A stretch of DNA of 50,207 bases. Origin: an uncultured Gammaproteobacteria bacterium (GTDB taxonomy: Bacteria > Pseudomonadota > Gammaproteobacteria > Magnimaribacterales > D2472). Under the pieces are notes generated by a model. The model did not search any database, had not been told where the DNA came from, and saw nothing but the letters and a program-made list of their open reading frames with translations. Numbering within the stretch: position 1 is the stretch's first letter; each line of letters begins with the position of its first letter. Positions 9,078 through 18,227 of this stretch are shown here, piece after piece. A program made the position numbers and the translations under genes. The stretch spans positions 1-50,207 of the forward strand of contig CAYVYQ010000001.1 in the NCBI GenBank assembly GCA_964455855.1. Reading direction: 5' to 3'.

Positions 9078-10358
9078 TTAACTACTTTTGTAGTGCTCAA
9101 AGATTGTTAAAATATCTTCAACTTTTCCAGTAGAGCTTTGACCATCTCTGTGTTTAAGCTCTATTTCATTATTTTGAAGGTATTGTTTGCCAATAATTAC
9201 ATTGATTGGCACTCCAATTAGCTCAGCATCTTTCATTTTGGTCCCATAACCATCTTTGCGATCATCTAGCATTGCTTCATAACCCATAGATAATAATTGG
9301 TTGTATAAATCTATAGCAGCTTTTGCTATCTCTTCATTCTTATCAAAACCTATAGCTACTATATTCACTTCATATGGAGCGATGGAATCTGGCCAAATGA
9401 TTCCTTTGTCATCATTATTTTGCTCAATAGCTGCAGCAACAAGTCTCGACACCCCAATTCCATAGCAACCCATAAAAAGGCTCGTTGCCTTACCTTCTTG
9501 ATCTAAAACATTTGCATTCATAGCATCCGCATAGACTCTTCCAAGTTGAAAAATATGACCAATTTCAATCCCTTTTTTAATTTCAATTACGCCTTCTCCA
9601 TCTGGGGATGGCTTGCCTTGAAGAGAATTTAAATCTTCCCCCTCTTTTAGCAAAAGTTCAGTATTGATAGCAAAATCAGAGGAGTCACTTACTGCAATGG
9701 TATCTTCACCATTCTCGGCCAAAATATGAAATTCTTCTGATACATCTCCACCAATTGCCCCTGAATCTGCTTTAACAATTTTAAATTTCAGCCCTAATCT
9801 ATCTATAATTTTTTTATATGTATTTTTCATTAAAAGATATGATTCGGCCAATGACTCTTCATTCAGATTGAAGCTATATGAATCTTTCATGAGAAACTCT
9901 CTTCCACGCATGACTCCATATCTTGGCCTGACCTCATCTCTAAATTTAGTTTGAATTTGATAAAGGTTCAGGGGTAATTCTTTATAACTTTTAATATTAT
10001 TTCTTATTAAGTCTGTAATCACCTCTTCATGAGTAGGACCAAGGCAGAAATCTCTTTCATGTCTATCTTGAATTCGAAGCAGTTCTGGTCCCATTTTTTT
10101 CCATCTATTAGTTTCTTCCCATAGCTCTCTTGGTTGAACCATCGGCATAAGAACTTCTTGCGCTCCTGAGGCATTCATTTCTTCTCTAACGATATTCTCA
10201 ACCTTCCTTAGCACTCTTAAACCAAGAGGAAGCCAAGTATATATTCCGGATGTAACTCTACGTATCATTCCAGATCTCAGCATTAATTTATGACTTATAA
10301 TCTCGGCATCTTGCGGTGAGTCTTTTAGAGTGGGCAAAAAAATCTTAGACCAAAACAT
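9078..10358 (-). CDS. proS: prolyl-tRNA synthetase, bacterial type but lacking the INS editing domain
   Basis: Class II motif 2 FRDEVRPRYGVMRGREFLMKD and motif 3 GCYGIGVSRLVAAAIEQ. It aligns by eye with E. coli ProRS on both sides of the INS domain. It is only 426 aa. Confidence 0.9.
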   Translation of the reverse strand: MFWSKIFLPTLKDSPQDAEIISHKLMLRSGMIRRVTSGIYTWLPLGLRVLRKVENIVREEMNASGAQEVLMPMVQPRELWEETNRWKKMGPELLRIQDRHERDFCLGPTHEEVITDLIRNNIKSYKELPLNLYQIQTKFRDEVRPRYGVMRGREFLMKDSYSFNLNEESLAESYLLMKNTYKKIIDRLGLKFKIVKADSGAIGGDVSEEFHILAENGEDTIAVSDSSDFAINTELLLKEGEDLNSLQGKPSPDGEGVIEIKKGIEIGHIFQLGRVYADAMNANVLDQEGKATSLFMGCYGIGVSRLVAAAIEQNNDDKGIIWPDSIAPYEVNIVAIGFDKNEEIAKAAIDLYNQLLSMGYEAMLDDRKDGYGTKMKDAELIGVPINVIIGKQYLQNNEIELKHRDGQSSTGKVEDILTIFEHYKSS

Positions 10359-10413
10359 TTTTTATATTTGAATTTCCATTTAGTTTATAATTCTATATTT
10401 TTTTTAGAGACTT

Positions 10414-10710
10414 ATGCCGATTTATGAATATAAATGCTCAAAATGTGAGCATCAATTTGAAGTTATTCAGAGATTTTCAGATAATCCAGTAGAAATTTGT
10501 CCTGAATGCAATAAAAAAGCAGTATCAAAATTAGTTTCTGCGCCTTCTTTTAGGTTGAAGGGCGGAGGTTGGTATGAAACTGATTTTAAAACTGGCTCTA
10601 AAAAGAATATAGTAGACAATAAGGATAAGGATGATAAATCAAAACAGCCTAAAGAAAAAACTAAAACTACTGATAAATCTAAAAGCAAAAGTTCAGATAA
10701 AAAAACTTAA
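10414..10710 (+). CDS. FmdB/CxxC-type zinc-ribbon protein with Lys-rich tail
   Basis: Begins [17 protein letters not shown] and has a second CPECN knuckle. The C-terminal ~45 aa are K/D/S/T-rich low complexity. Confidence 0.75.
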   Translation: MPIYEYKCSKCEHQFEVIQRFSDNPVEICPECNKKAVSKLVSAPSFRLKGGGWYETDFKTGSKKNIVDNKDKDDKSKQPKEKTKTTDKSKSKSSDKKT

Positions 10711-10724
10711 ACAAGAGAGATAAA

Positions 10725-12491
10725 ATGCGTTCACATTATTGCGGTGATATTAATAGTTCAAACATAGGTAGTAATATTGAGATTTCAGGATGGGTGCATA
10801 AACGAAGAGATCATGGTGGCGTAATTTTTTTAGATATTCGTGATTTACATGGAATAGTTCAAGTTGTTTTTAATCCAGATTTAAAAGAAATTTTTGATAT
10901 TGCAGATTCATGCCGAAGTGAATATGTTGTCAATATTAAAGGACTAGTCCGAAAGAGAATTGAGGGTGCTGTCAATCCAAAAATGACCACCGGAGAGATA
11001 GAGATTGAGGCAACGAGCTTAAATATTTTTAGCTCAGCTGCTACGCCCCAGTTTCCTCTTGATGATTATCAAGATGTTAATGAGGATGTAAGGCTCAAAC
11101 ATAGATTTTTAGATTTAAGGCGTCCGGACGTTAACCATAGGTTAGTTAAGAGATCTAAAATAACTTCAAAAATAAGATCGATATTAGAAAATCGCAATTT
11201 CCACGAAATTGAGACACCCATTCTAACTAGGGCCACCCCTGAAGGAGCAAGAGATTATTTGGTACCGAGTAGAGTCCATCCTGGTGAGTTTTTTGCATTA
11301 CCTCAATCTCCTCAGCTATTTAAACAGTTGCTAATGATTGGTGGGCTAGATAAATACTATCAAATAGCTAAATGTTTTAGGGACGAGGATTTGCGCGCTG
11401 ACAGGCAGCCTGAATTCACTCAGGTCGATATCGAAGCCTCATTTGTTTCTACTGACGAAATTATTGAACTTGGTGAAGATTTGATTACTGAATTGCTTAC
11501 TGAATTTACCGACTATCAAAAAAAAGAGGTGCCAAGAATTACATATAAAGAATCTATTGAAAAATATGGATGTGATAAACCTGATTTAAGAATTCCGTTA
11601 GAACTGAACGATATTTCTGAGTTAGTAAAAAATGAAGAATTTAAAGTATTCTCTGGGCCTGCAAATGATCATGCATCCAGAGTGGTAGCTTTGAGGGTTC
11701 CTGAAGCTGCATCAATGACCAGAAAAAAAATTGATGAGTATACTGATTATGTTGGTAAGTTAGGCGCTAAAGGACTTGCTTACATAAAAGTTGTAGATCT
11801 TGATCAAGAAAATGGTCTTCAATCACCAATTCTTAAATTTTTTCAAAAAGAAACCATCGACTCAATTATTTCTTCCTTGGATGTGCAAAACAATGACATT
11901 ATTTTTTTTGGAGCAGGAAAGTCAGAAATTGTAAATCTTTCCATGAGCTCATTAATCAAGAAACTTGGAGAAGATCTTAGTTTAGCCACATCTGCATGGG
12001 CTCCATGTTGGATTATTGATTTCCCAATGTTTGAAAGAAACAAAGAAAACAATCTTACATCTTTGCATCATCCATTTACATTGCCCGCTGTGTCAGTTGA
12101 AGAGTTAAAGACTGATCCGGATAATTCATTGGCATGTGCATATGATTTTGTCTTAAATGGTTATGAGCTAGGGGGTGGATCTTTAAGGGTTTATGACCCA
12201 TCAATGCAAAAAGAGATATTTTCTATACTAGGTATTTCTTCTGATGAAGCTAAAGAAAAATTTGGCTTCTTATTGTCAGCGCTATCATCAGGATGTCCTC
12301 CTCATGGCGGAATAGCATTTGGTTTAGATAGAATTGTGATGCTTTTATCTGATACGACTAATATTCGTGATGTGATTGCCTTTCCTAAGACTCAAAGTGC
12401 ATCTTGTTTGCTTACTGATGCGCCTGGTTTAGTTTCTGATGATCAGCTTGATGAGTTAAATATTAAGTCTACTTTTGATCCGGAGCAATAG
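10725..12491 (+). CDS. aspS: aspartyl-tRNA synthetase
   Basis: 588 aa with [26 protein letters not shown] and [12 protein letters not shown] class IIb motifs. Confidence 0.97.
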   Translation: MRSHYCGDINSSNIGSNIEISGWVHKRRDHGGVIFLDIRDLHGIVQVVFNPDLKEIFDIADSCRSEYVVNIKGLVRKRIEGAVNPKMTTGEIEIEATSLNIFSSAATPQFPLDDYQDVNEDVRLKHRFLDLRRPDVNHRLVKRSKITSKIRSILENRNFHEIETPILTRATPEGARDYLVPSRVHPGEFFALPQSPQLFKQLLMIGGLDKYYQIAKCFRDEDLRADRQPEFTQVDIEASFVSTDEIIELGEDLITELLTEFTDYQKKEVPRITYKESIEKYGCDKPDLRIPLELNDISELVKNEEFKVFSGPANDHASRVVALRVPEAASMTRKKIDEYTDYVGKLGAKGLAYIKVVDLDQENGLQSPILKFFQKETIDSIISSLDVQNNDIIFFGAGKSEIVNLSMSSLIKKLGEDLSLATSAWAPCWIIDFPMFERNKENNLTSLHHPFTLPAVSVEELKTDPDNSLACAYDFVLNGYELGGGSLRVYDPSMQKEIFSILGISSDEAKEKFGFLLSALSSGCPPHGGIAFGLDRIVMLLSDTTNIRDVIAFPKTQSASCLLTDAPGLVSDDQLDELNIKSTFDPEQ

Positions 12492-13229
12492 ATGGCTGGA
12501 CACTCCAAATGGGCAAATATTAAGCATCGTAAAGCACGACAAGATGCATCCCGAGGAAAGGTTTGGACTAAGGTTATTAGAGAGATTACAGTTGCTGCTA
12601 AAGGGGGTCCTGATCCTAATGATAATCCGAGACTGAGGCTAGCCTTGGACAAAGCTAACGCTGCCAATATGCCTAAAGATACAATTAAGCGAGCAATTCA
12701 AAAAGGTTCTGGAACTGGAGAAATGGGCGTCATTGAAGAGCTAACTTTTGAAGGTTATGGACCGAATGGCGTTGCTATTCTTGTTGAGACTATGACAGAT
12801 AATAGAAATAGAACTGTTGCAGATGTACGACATGCTTTTTCGAAATTTGGTGGAAACATGGGTACAGATGGATCAGTAGCTTACCTGTTTAATAAACTAG
12901 GAGTTGTTCACGTTGATTTATCGCATAATGAAGATCAAATTATGGAAATTGCATTAGATGCTGGTGCAGATGATTTTACTGTCACTGAAGATTATTTTGA
13001 AATCGTTTCTACTCCTGCAAATCTTCCTGTTGTAATTGAGGCTTTCAATAAAAATAATATTGAAACATTGCTGGCTGAAAATACCATGAGAGCAGATACT
13101 TTAGTAAACCTAGATCATGAAGCTTCTGAAAAAGTTTTAAAAATTATGACTTTTATGGATGATCTTGACGATGTTCAGGAAGTGCATACAAATGCTGAGT
13201 TTCCTGAGGACTTTACTGAAGAGGAGTAA
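12492..13229 (+). CDS. yebC: YebC/PmpR family transcriptional regulator
   Basis: Begins MAGHSKWANIKHRKARQD, the invariant YebC N-terminus. 245 aa. It starts on the nucleotide after the aspS stop. Confidence 0.95.
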   Translation: MAGHSKWANIKHRKARQDASRGKVWTKVIREITVAAKGGPDPNDNPRLRLALDKANAANMPKDTIKRAIQKGSGTGEMGVIEELTFEGYGPNGVAILVETMTDNRNRTVADVRHAFSKFGGNMGTDGSVAYLFNKLGVVHVDLSHNEDQIMEIALDAGADDFTVTEDYFEIVSTPANLPVVIEAFNKNNIETLLAENTMRADTLVNLDHEASEKVLKIMTFMDDLDDVQEVHTNAEFPEDFTEEE

Positions 13230-13231
13230 CC

Positions 13232-13654
13232 GTGGCGATTAACTCAAGGACTAAAGGAGCTAATTTCGAGAGGGAAATTGGCAATCTTCTTGTTGAACAG
13301 CTAGGTTTAACCCAGCCTGTTAAAAGAATTCTTGAGCAAACACGAACAAAAGAATTACCTGATCTGAAATTAGGCAGATGGTGTTTAGAATGCAAAAGAT
13401 ATGGCGATGGTGCCGAACCATCACAAGATTGGTGGGATCAAGTTTTGGCAGCAACAGGAGAGGGAGAGTTTCCAGCTTTAATCTATAAATTTAATCGTCG
13501 ACCAATTAAAGTGAGGATACTTGCAGGGACTTTGATTCCAGAGTTAGATTTTTCATCAATGACAATTGATTTAATGTGGGAAGATTTTGTAGAAATTCTT
13601 CGATACCTTTTTCAGGTAGATATTGAGCAACATGAATCCTCGTTTCAGGTCTAA
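13232..13654 (+). CDS. putative PD-(D/E)XK nuclease, Hjc/RecU-like Holliday-junction resolvase candidate
   Basis: 140-aa ORF with a GTG start 5 nt after a GAGGAG SD (13221-13226) embedded in the yebC end. Ordered motifs are K8-G9-x3-E13-R14 (RTKGANFERE), P43-D44 (ELPDLKL) and E53-x-K55 (LECKRYG). There is no RuvC-like GIDPG N-terminus. It occupies the ruvC slot. Confidence 0.55.
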   Translation: MAINSRTKGANFEREIGNLLVEQLGLTQPVKRILEQTRTKELPDLKLGRWCLECKRYGDGAEPSQDWWDQVLAATGEGEFPALIYKFNRRPIKVRILAGTLIPELDFSSMTIDLMWEDFVEILRYLFQVDIEQHESSFQV

Positions 13655-14048
13655 AGATTTCTATTGTAGGGTCTACGTTGAAGATACCGATTTTCAGGGA
13701 GTTGTTTATCATGCAAATTACCTCAAGTACCTTGAAAGAGCTCGATCTCAATTCTTGATTGAAAATCATTTATCTCAAACAGAAGCAATGACGAAAAGCA
13801 ATGAATCTTATGTTGTGAAATCAATTAATTTGTCATACTACCATCCAGCAATATTAGAGGATGATTTAGCTGTAAGTACAGAAATAGAGCTTGTTAGCAA
13901 AGCCAGAACTATTTTTTTTCAATCCGTTTCAAACATAAAAAATGATACACTCATTTGCAAAGGAGAGGTCGAGGTTTGTTTCATTGATAATGACTCAGGC
14001 AAACCAAAAGCTTTTCCTCTGGGCTTACTAAATTTATTTGAGAGTTGA
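13632..14048 (+). CDS. ybgC: Tol-Pal-associated acyl-CoA thioesterase YbgC (4HBT fold)
   Basis: YVEDTDFQGVVYHANYLKYLERAR is the hot-dog thioesterase signature. It lies immediately upstream of tolQ. Start is the ATG at 13632 or the TTG at 13623, and either overlaps the preceding ORF. Confidence 0.88.
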   Translation: MNPRFRSKDFYCRVYVEDTDFQGVVYHANYLKYLERARSQFLIENHLSQTEAMTKSNESYVVKSINLSYYHPAILEDDLAVSTEIELVSKARTIFFQSVSNIKNDTLICKGEVEVCFIDNDSGKPKAFPLGLLNLFES

Positions 14049-14049
14049 T

Positions 14050-14730
14050 ATGGATGATTTTTCAGTTATAGACTTATTTCTCCAAGCTAGTCTGATTGTT
14101 CAATTGGTAATGATTTTATTGTTAGGCGTTTCAATTATTTCATGGATAGTTATCTTTGAAAGATACTTTAATTTAAATCGAATCAAAGAAGCTAACAAAG
14201 CATTTGAAAAAGAATTTTGGTCTGGTAAGGATCTTAATGAATTACATCAAGGTATTGATGAAGTCTCTAACGATGAGTTAGTTGGCTCTCTGAGAGTTTT
14301 CAAGCATGGATTTGGTGAGTTTCTAAGACTGAGTGAGGGCCAGCAAATTACAATTGAAGATCTTGAGAGTGTTAATAGGGCTATAAGAGTATCCTTGGCT
14401 AGAGAGGAGGAATCTTTAATGCATCACCTTCCTTTTCTAGCTAACGTTGGATCGGTCAGCCCATACGTCGGCCTATTTGGAACAGTGTGGGGAATTATTA
14501 ATTCCTTTCAAGGCCTCTCAGATGCAACTCAGGCAACCATTAATGCTGTTGCTCCTGGAATCTCAGAAGCACTGGTTGCAACAGCTTTGGGACTTTTTGC
14601 TGCAATTCCTGCAGTCGTTGCATATAACAGATTCGCATCAGATTCAGACACCCAGTTACAACAATCTTCTGTATTTGGTGAGGAGCTAGCTAGCATCCTG
14701 TATAGACAAACGGTTAAAGCAAAGCTTTGA
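14050..14730 (+). CDS. tolQ: Tol-Pal system protein TolQ
   Basis: N-terminus MDDFSVIDLFLQASLIVQLVMILLL parallels E. coli TolQ. MotA/ExbB-type C-terminal TM pair. The ATG at 14050 lies 1 nt after the ybgC stop. Confidence 0.93.
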   Translation: MDDFSVIDLFLQASLIVQLVMILLLGVSIISWIVIFERYFNLNRIKEANKAFEKEFWSGKDLNELHQGIDEVSNDELVGSLRVFKHGFGEFLRLSEGQQITIEDLESVNRAIRVSLAREEESLMHHLPFLANVGSVSPYVGLFGTVWGIINSFQGLSDATQATINAVAPGISEALVATALGLFAAIPAVVAYNRFASDSDTQLQQSSVFGEELASILYRQTVKAKL

Positions 14731-15149
14731 TATATAGAATAGGTAAAAGAAAAAAATTAAACGCTGACATTAACGTTGTGCCATATATTGATGTGATGTT
14801 AGTGCTTTTAATTATTTTCATGGTTCTTTCTCCTCTGCTTATTCAAGGCATAGAGGTAAATCTTCCTAAGACTGATACAACCAAAATGTCAGTTTCAAGT
14901 GAGCCACTTGTAATCTCGATAAATGGAGAGGGAAAGTATTTTATTAACCTAGGCGAAGAGCAATTACCTATCTCTTTAGTGGAATTGAAAAATAAGGCTA
15001 AGATTATTTTTCAAGCAAATCCAGATATTGAAATCGTTTTTAAAAGTGATGCAAAAGTTCCTTTTGATTATGTGGCCAAGGGGATGGCAAGTATACAAAG
15101 TCTAGGAATTCAAAAAGTAGGAATAATTACATCTGGATATGATAGCTAA
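14727..15149 (+). CDS. tolR: Tol-Pal system protein TolR
   Basis: ExbD/TolR pattern KLNADINVVPYIDVMLVLLIIFMV. The TTG start overlaps the tolQ stop. Confidence 0.9.
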   Translation: MIYRIGKRKKLNADINVVPYIDVMLVLLIIFMVLSPLLIQGIEVNLPKTDTTKMSVSSEPLVISINGEGKYFINLGEEQLPISLVELKNKAKIIFQANPDIEIVFKSDAKVPFDYVAKGMASIQSLGIQKVGIITSGYDS

Positions 15150-15774
15150 TTACCGATATTTGCAAGCATCGCTATTTTCTTTTTGCATTCATGCCGCTAT
15201 CTTTATGTATATATATGGTACCTTTGATGCAAATACCTCTAAGACACTTTTGATATCAAAACCTCTTCAAGTAGAGTTGAAGTTTGAATTACCATCCGAG
15301 GATTTAAACAAACAAATTCCAATTTTAGCAAATATTAATACAACACCTAGCAAGCCAGTTTCTGAGGATATTGTCTACTCAAAAGCTGAAGATGAAATCA
15401 AAACCTCACAAAATAATGAGCTAATTGAATCAACTATAGCTAACCTTTTATCGGAGGAGAGCGAGATTGAAAAAAACAGTGAGCAGCAAGAAATTTCAAT
15501 GTATGCTCAAAAAATTATTTCTACAATAGAGAATGCTTGGATGAAGCCGAGAAATATACCTGAAGGTTTAGTTGCGAATCTAAGGCTTAAAATTCGCTCT
15601 TCAGGAAGGATTGCAAGTGCAGAACTTCTGAAAAGCAGCGGCAATATTCGATTTGATAACTCAGCCCTTCAGGCGGTAAGAAGAGTAGAGACATTTAATT
15701 TTTTTGATTCAATGCCTAAAACCTTATATGACAAGGAGTTCAAAATAATTGCCATAAGTTTTAACCCATCATGA
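15139..15774 (+). CDS. tolA: TolA (short form)
   Basis: N-terminal TM anchor, an acidic/Ser-rich linker and a C-terminal TolA/TonB-C-like domain (SGNIRFDNSALQAVRRV). It lies between tolR and tolB. It is only 211 aa. Confidence 0.75.
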   Translation: MIANYRYLQASLFSFCIHAAIFMYIYGTFDANTSKTLLISKPLQVELKFELPSEDLNKQIPILANINTTPSKPVSEDIVYSKAEDEIKTSQNNELIESTIANLLSEESEIEKNSEQQEISMYAQKIISTIENAWMKPRNIPEGLVANLRLKIRSSGRIASAELLKSSGNIRFDNSALQAVRRVETFNFFDSMPKTLYDKEFKIIAISFNPS

Positions 15775-17057
15775 AAAAAAATCTTTTTTTAGTTGTCTTA
15801 TTGTTGTTTCCAATTTTTACCTATGGAGAGCTTTTTTTAGAAATTACTAAGGGTTCTGAAGATCCTTATAGAGTTGCAATGATTCCATTTGAAGGTAACT
15901 CAAGGGTTTCAAAGCAACTAAATGACATAATGCGAAATGACTTAATTCGTACAGGAGAATTTTCAATTCTTGATGAAGAATTATTATTGCCTGTAAAGAT
16001 TATTAATGATGAATTGGTATTTAGCGATTGGAAATTACTCGGAATAGATTATTTGGTTACAGGAACAATTGCTAATGCTAATAACTCTCTAGATATTAGT
16101 TATGAAATCTTTGATATTCATAAAAAAAGAAAAGTTAGAAGTTCAAAAGTTTTTGGAATCCCCAACCAAATCAGACAGCTTGCTCACTACACTAGTGATG
16201 GAATCTATGAATCAATCACTGGAATTAAAGGCATTGCTGCAACTAGGCTTTTGTATGTAAATGAAGTAAAAGACTCTCGCTTCATCTCAATCTACAAACT
16301 TATGTTGGCTGATTCTGATGGCGCTAATGAAAAAGTTCTCTTATCAAGCTCCGAGCCTATTATCTCTCCATCTTGGTCACCTGATGGAAAGAGGGTGGCA
16401 TATGTGTCATTTGAAACAGGCATTGCAAAAGTTTTTATTCAAGAAATTGCATCTGGCAAAAGAGAGGCAGTCTTATCACAAGATACTCAGATAAGTTCTC
16501 CTTCATGGTCTCCCGATGGAAAGTATCTTTCTTTAACTCTTTATCAAGATGGAAATGCAGAAATTTATATTTTAAGGTTACGAGATCGAACTTTAACCAG
16601 GATGACTAATCAATTTGCAATTGACACAGAGTCTTCTTGGTCTCCTAAGGGAAATAAAATTCTTTTTACGAGCGGTCGGTCAGGCTCACCTCAAATTTAT
16701 GAATTAGATCTTAGAAAGTTAAACCCAAAAGCCAAACGTATTTCATTTGAGGGGACATATAATGCAAAAGCTTCATATCTTCCAAATGAAGAGGGGGTTA
16801 TCTTTGTTCATCGATCTAACGATGGGTTATTTCATATCGCCCTTAAATACAAGAGAGAAAATTTTATAAGAGTATTAACAGAAGCGAAGATGGATGAATC
16901 ACCCAGTGTTGCTCCTAATGGTAATATGGTAATCTATGGTATTAAAGAAAATGATCTAAGTATGCTTGCTGGATTTAGTCTTAGCGGTGCAAAGTTTAAG
17001 CTACCAGCGTCAGACGGTGAAGTTAGAGAGCCCGCTTGGTCAAATTTTTTAAGATAA
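15771..17057 (+). CDS. tolB: Tol-Pal system beta-propeller protein TolB
   Basis: Signal peptide and repeated SPSWSPDGK / SWSPKGNK propeller blades. 428 aa. Confidence 0.95.
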   Translation: MKKNLFLVVLLLFPIFTYGELFLEITKGSEDPYRVAMIPFEGNSRVSKQLNDIMRNDLIRTGEFSILDEELLLPVKIINDELVFSDWKLLGIDYLVTGTIANANNSLDISYEIFDIHKKRKVRSSKVFGIPNQIRQLAHYTSDGIYESITGIKGIAATRLLYVNEVKDSRFISIYKLMLADSDGANEKVLLSSSEPIISPSWSPDGKRVAYVSFETGIAKVFIQEIASGKREAVLSQDTQISSPSWSPDGKYLSLTLYQDGNAEIYILRLRDRTLTRMTNQFAIDTESSWSPKGNKILFTSGRSGSPQIYELDLRKLNPKAKRISFEGTYNAKASYLPNEEGVIFVHRSNDGLFHIALKYKRENFIRVLTEAKMDESPSVAPNGNMVIYGIKENDLSMLAGFSLSGAKFKLPASDGEVREPAWSNFLR

Positions 17058-17079
17058 CATCAAAAATGGAACAATTATT

Positions 17080-17553
17080 ATGAACAAATCAATTAATTCT
17101 TTTTTCGCTTTATTAACGATATTAATCTTTTCGGCTTGTAGTTCTGTTCAAATAACAGAGGAAGCAGTAGCAGATCAAAGTGTTGCTGGGGTATCCATTG
17201 CATCAAAATCTACTGCCACTCAGGCAGTGCTTGCAAATGCAGTTGTTTATTTTGAATATGATCAATTCAATCTTACTGCTAAATCAATACAAGCTTTGAA
17301 AGGTGTAAGCGATCTAATGAAGAGAAATTCAAAAATTACCATTTCAATTGAAGGGCATGCTGATGAAAGAGGGACTAGGGAATATAACTTAGCCTTAGGT
17401 CAAAGACGAGCTGAGTCAGTTGCAAATTATTTAATTGCAAATGGCATTAATAGAAATAGATTAATTACAAAAAGTTACGGAGAGGAGAGACCTCTATCTC
17501 TTGGTTCTAATAATTCTGCATGGGCTAAAAATAGAAGAGTTGAAATTAAGTAA
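17080..17553 (+). CDS. pal: peptidoglycan-associated lipoprotein Pal
   Basis: Lipobox IFSAC and an OmpA-like domain with GHADERGTREYNLALGQRRA and NRRVEI. Confidence 0.95.
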   Translation: MNKSINSFFALLTILIFSACSSVQITEEAVADQSVAGVSIASKSTATQAVLANAVVYFEYDQFNLTAKSIQALKGVSDLMKRNSKITISIEGHADERGTREYNLALGQRRAESVANYLIANGINRNRLITKSYGEERPLSLGSNNSAWAKNRRVEIK

Positions 17554-17563
17554 CTTTTTTTGA

Positions 17564-18199
17564 ATGAAATTTTTTTTTATTGCACTTCTTTTGGTGCCTC
17601 TACATACTTATTCCCAAGAAGCAGATGCAGCTGATATCTTATTTCTAAAGATACAAGAGCTTGAAGGAGAGCTTGCTAGCTTAAGGAGTGAGCTTGAGTC
17701 GCAAGCATACTTAATTGAAAAATTGTTAAATGAAGAATTAAGCCTAGAAGAAAATAACATTCTCCCAAAAGCTGACATTAACTCTGAAGTAAGCACATTC
17801 AGATTTGAAGGCATTAATGATAGTAGAAGCATTGATGAGGTTTATGATGAAGCAATTTCTAAATTAAATAACAAAGATTTTCAGTCTGCTAAACAGTCCT
17901 TTGCTTATCTAGCAAATAATTTTAATGATGATGAGAAAATTCCTTTAAGTCTTTTTTGGCTTGGAGAAATTTCATTGCTAGAATCTAACCTTGAAGAGAG
18001 TGAGAAATTTTTTCAAAGATTAGCCTCAGACTTTCCTGATCATTGGAGAGCGCCACTGGCTCATAAAAAAATTGGGGACATTTTAATGATGTCAGGAGAT
18101 CTTGGGGCTGCAAAAATTAAATATCAATTTGTTGTTCAAACATTTCCAGAGAATACTGCCTCTTCATTAGCCTTGCAGTTATTAGAAAATATGGAATAA
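17564..18199 (+). CDS. cpoB: cell division coordinator CpoB (YbgF), short
   Basis: Signal peptide, an N-terminal coiled coil (LEGELASLRSELES) and C-terminal TPR-like repeats. Conserved position after pal. Confidence 0.78.
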   Translation: MKFFFIALLLVPLHTYSQEADAADILFLKIQELEGELASLRSELESQAYLIEKLLNEELSLEENNILPKADINSEVSTFRFEGINDSRSIDEVYDEAISKLNNKDFQSAKQSFAYLANNFNDDEKIPLSLFWLGEISLLESNLEESEKFFQRLASDFPDHWRAPLAHKKIGDILMMSGDLGAAKIKYQFVVQTFPENTASSLALQLLENME

Positions 18200-18227
18200 T
18201 CACATCTTTTTTATGGAATCCTATCTT

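Noticed and set aside
2085-14049. Long N-terminal extensions suggested by the ORF track for ftsB (2085), pcm (4261), the thiolase (7866) and tolQ (14038).
   Set aside because: These starts lie inside the preceding gene or add residues absent from the conserved N-termini. Downstream starts fit homologue N-termini better: ATG 2121, GTG 4300 with an AAGGAGG SD, ATG 7899 with AGGAGAG, and ATG 14050.
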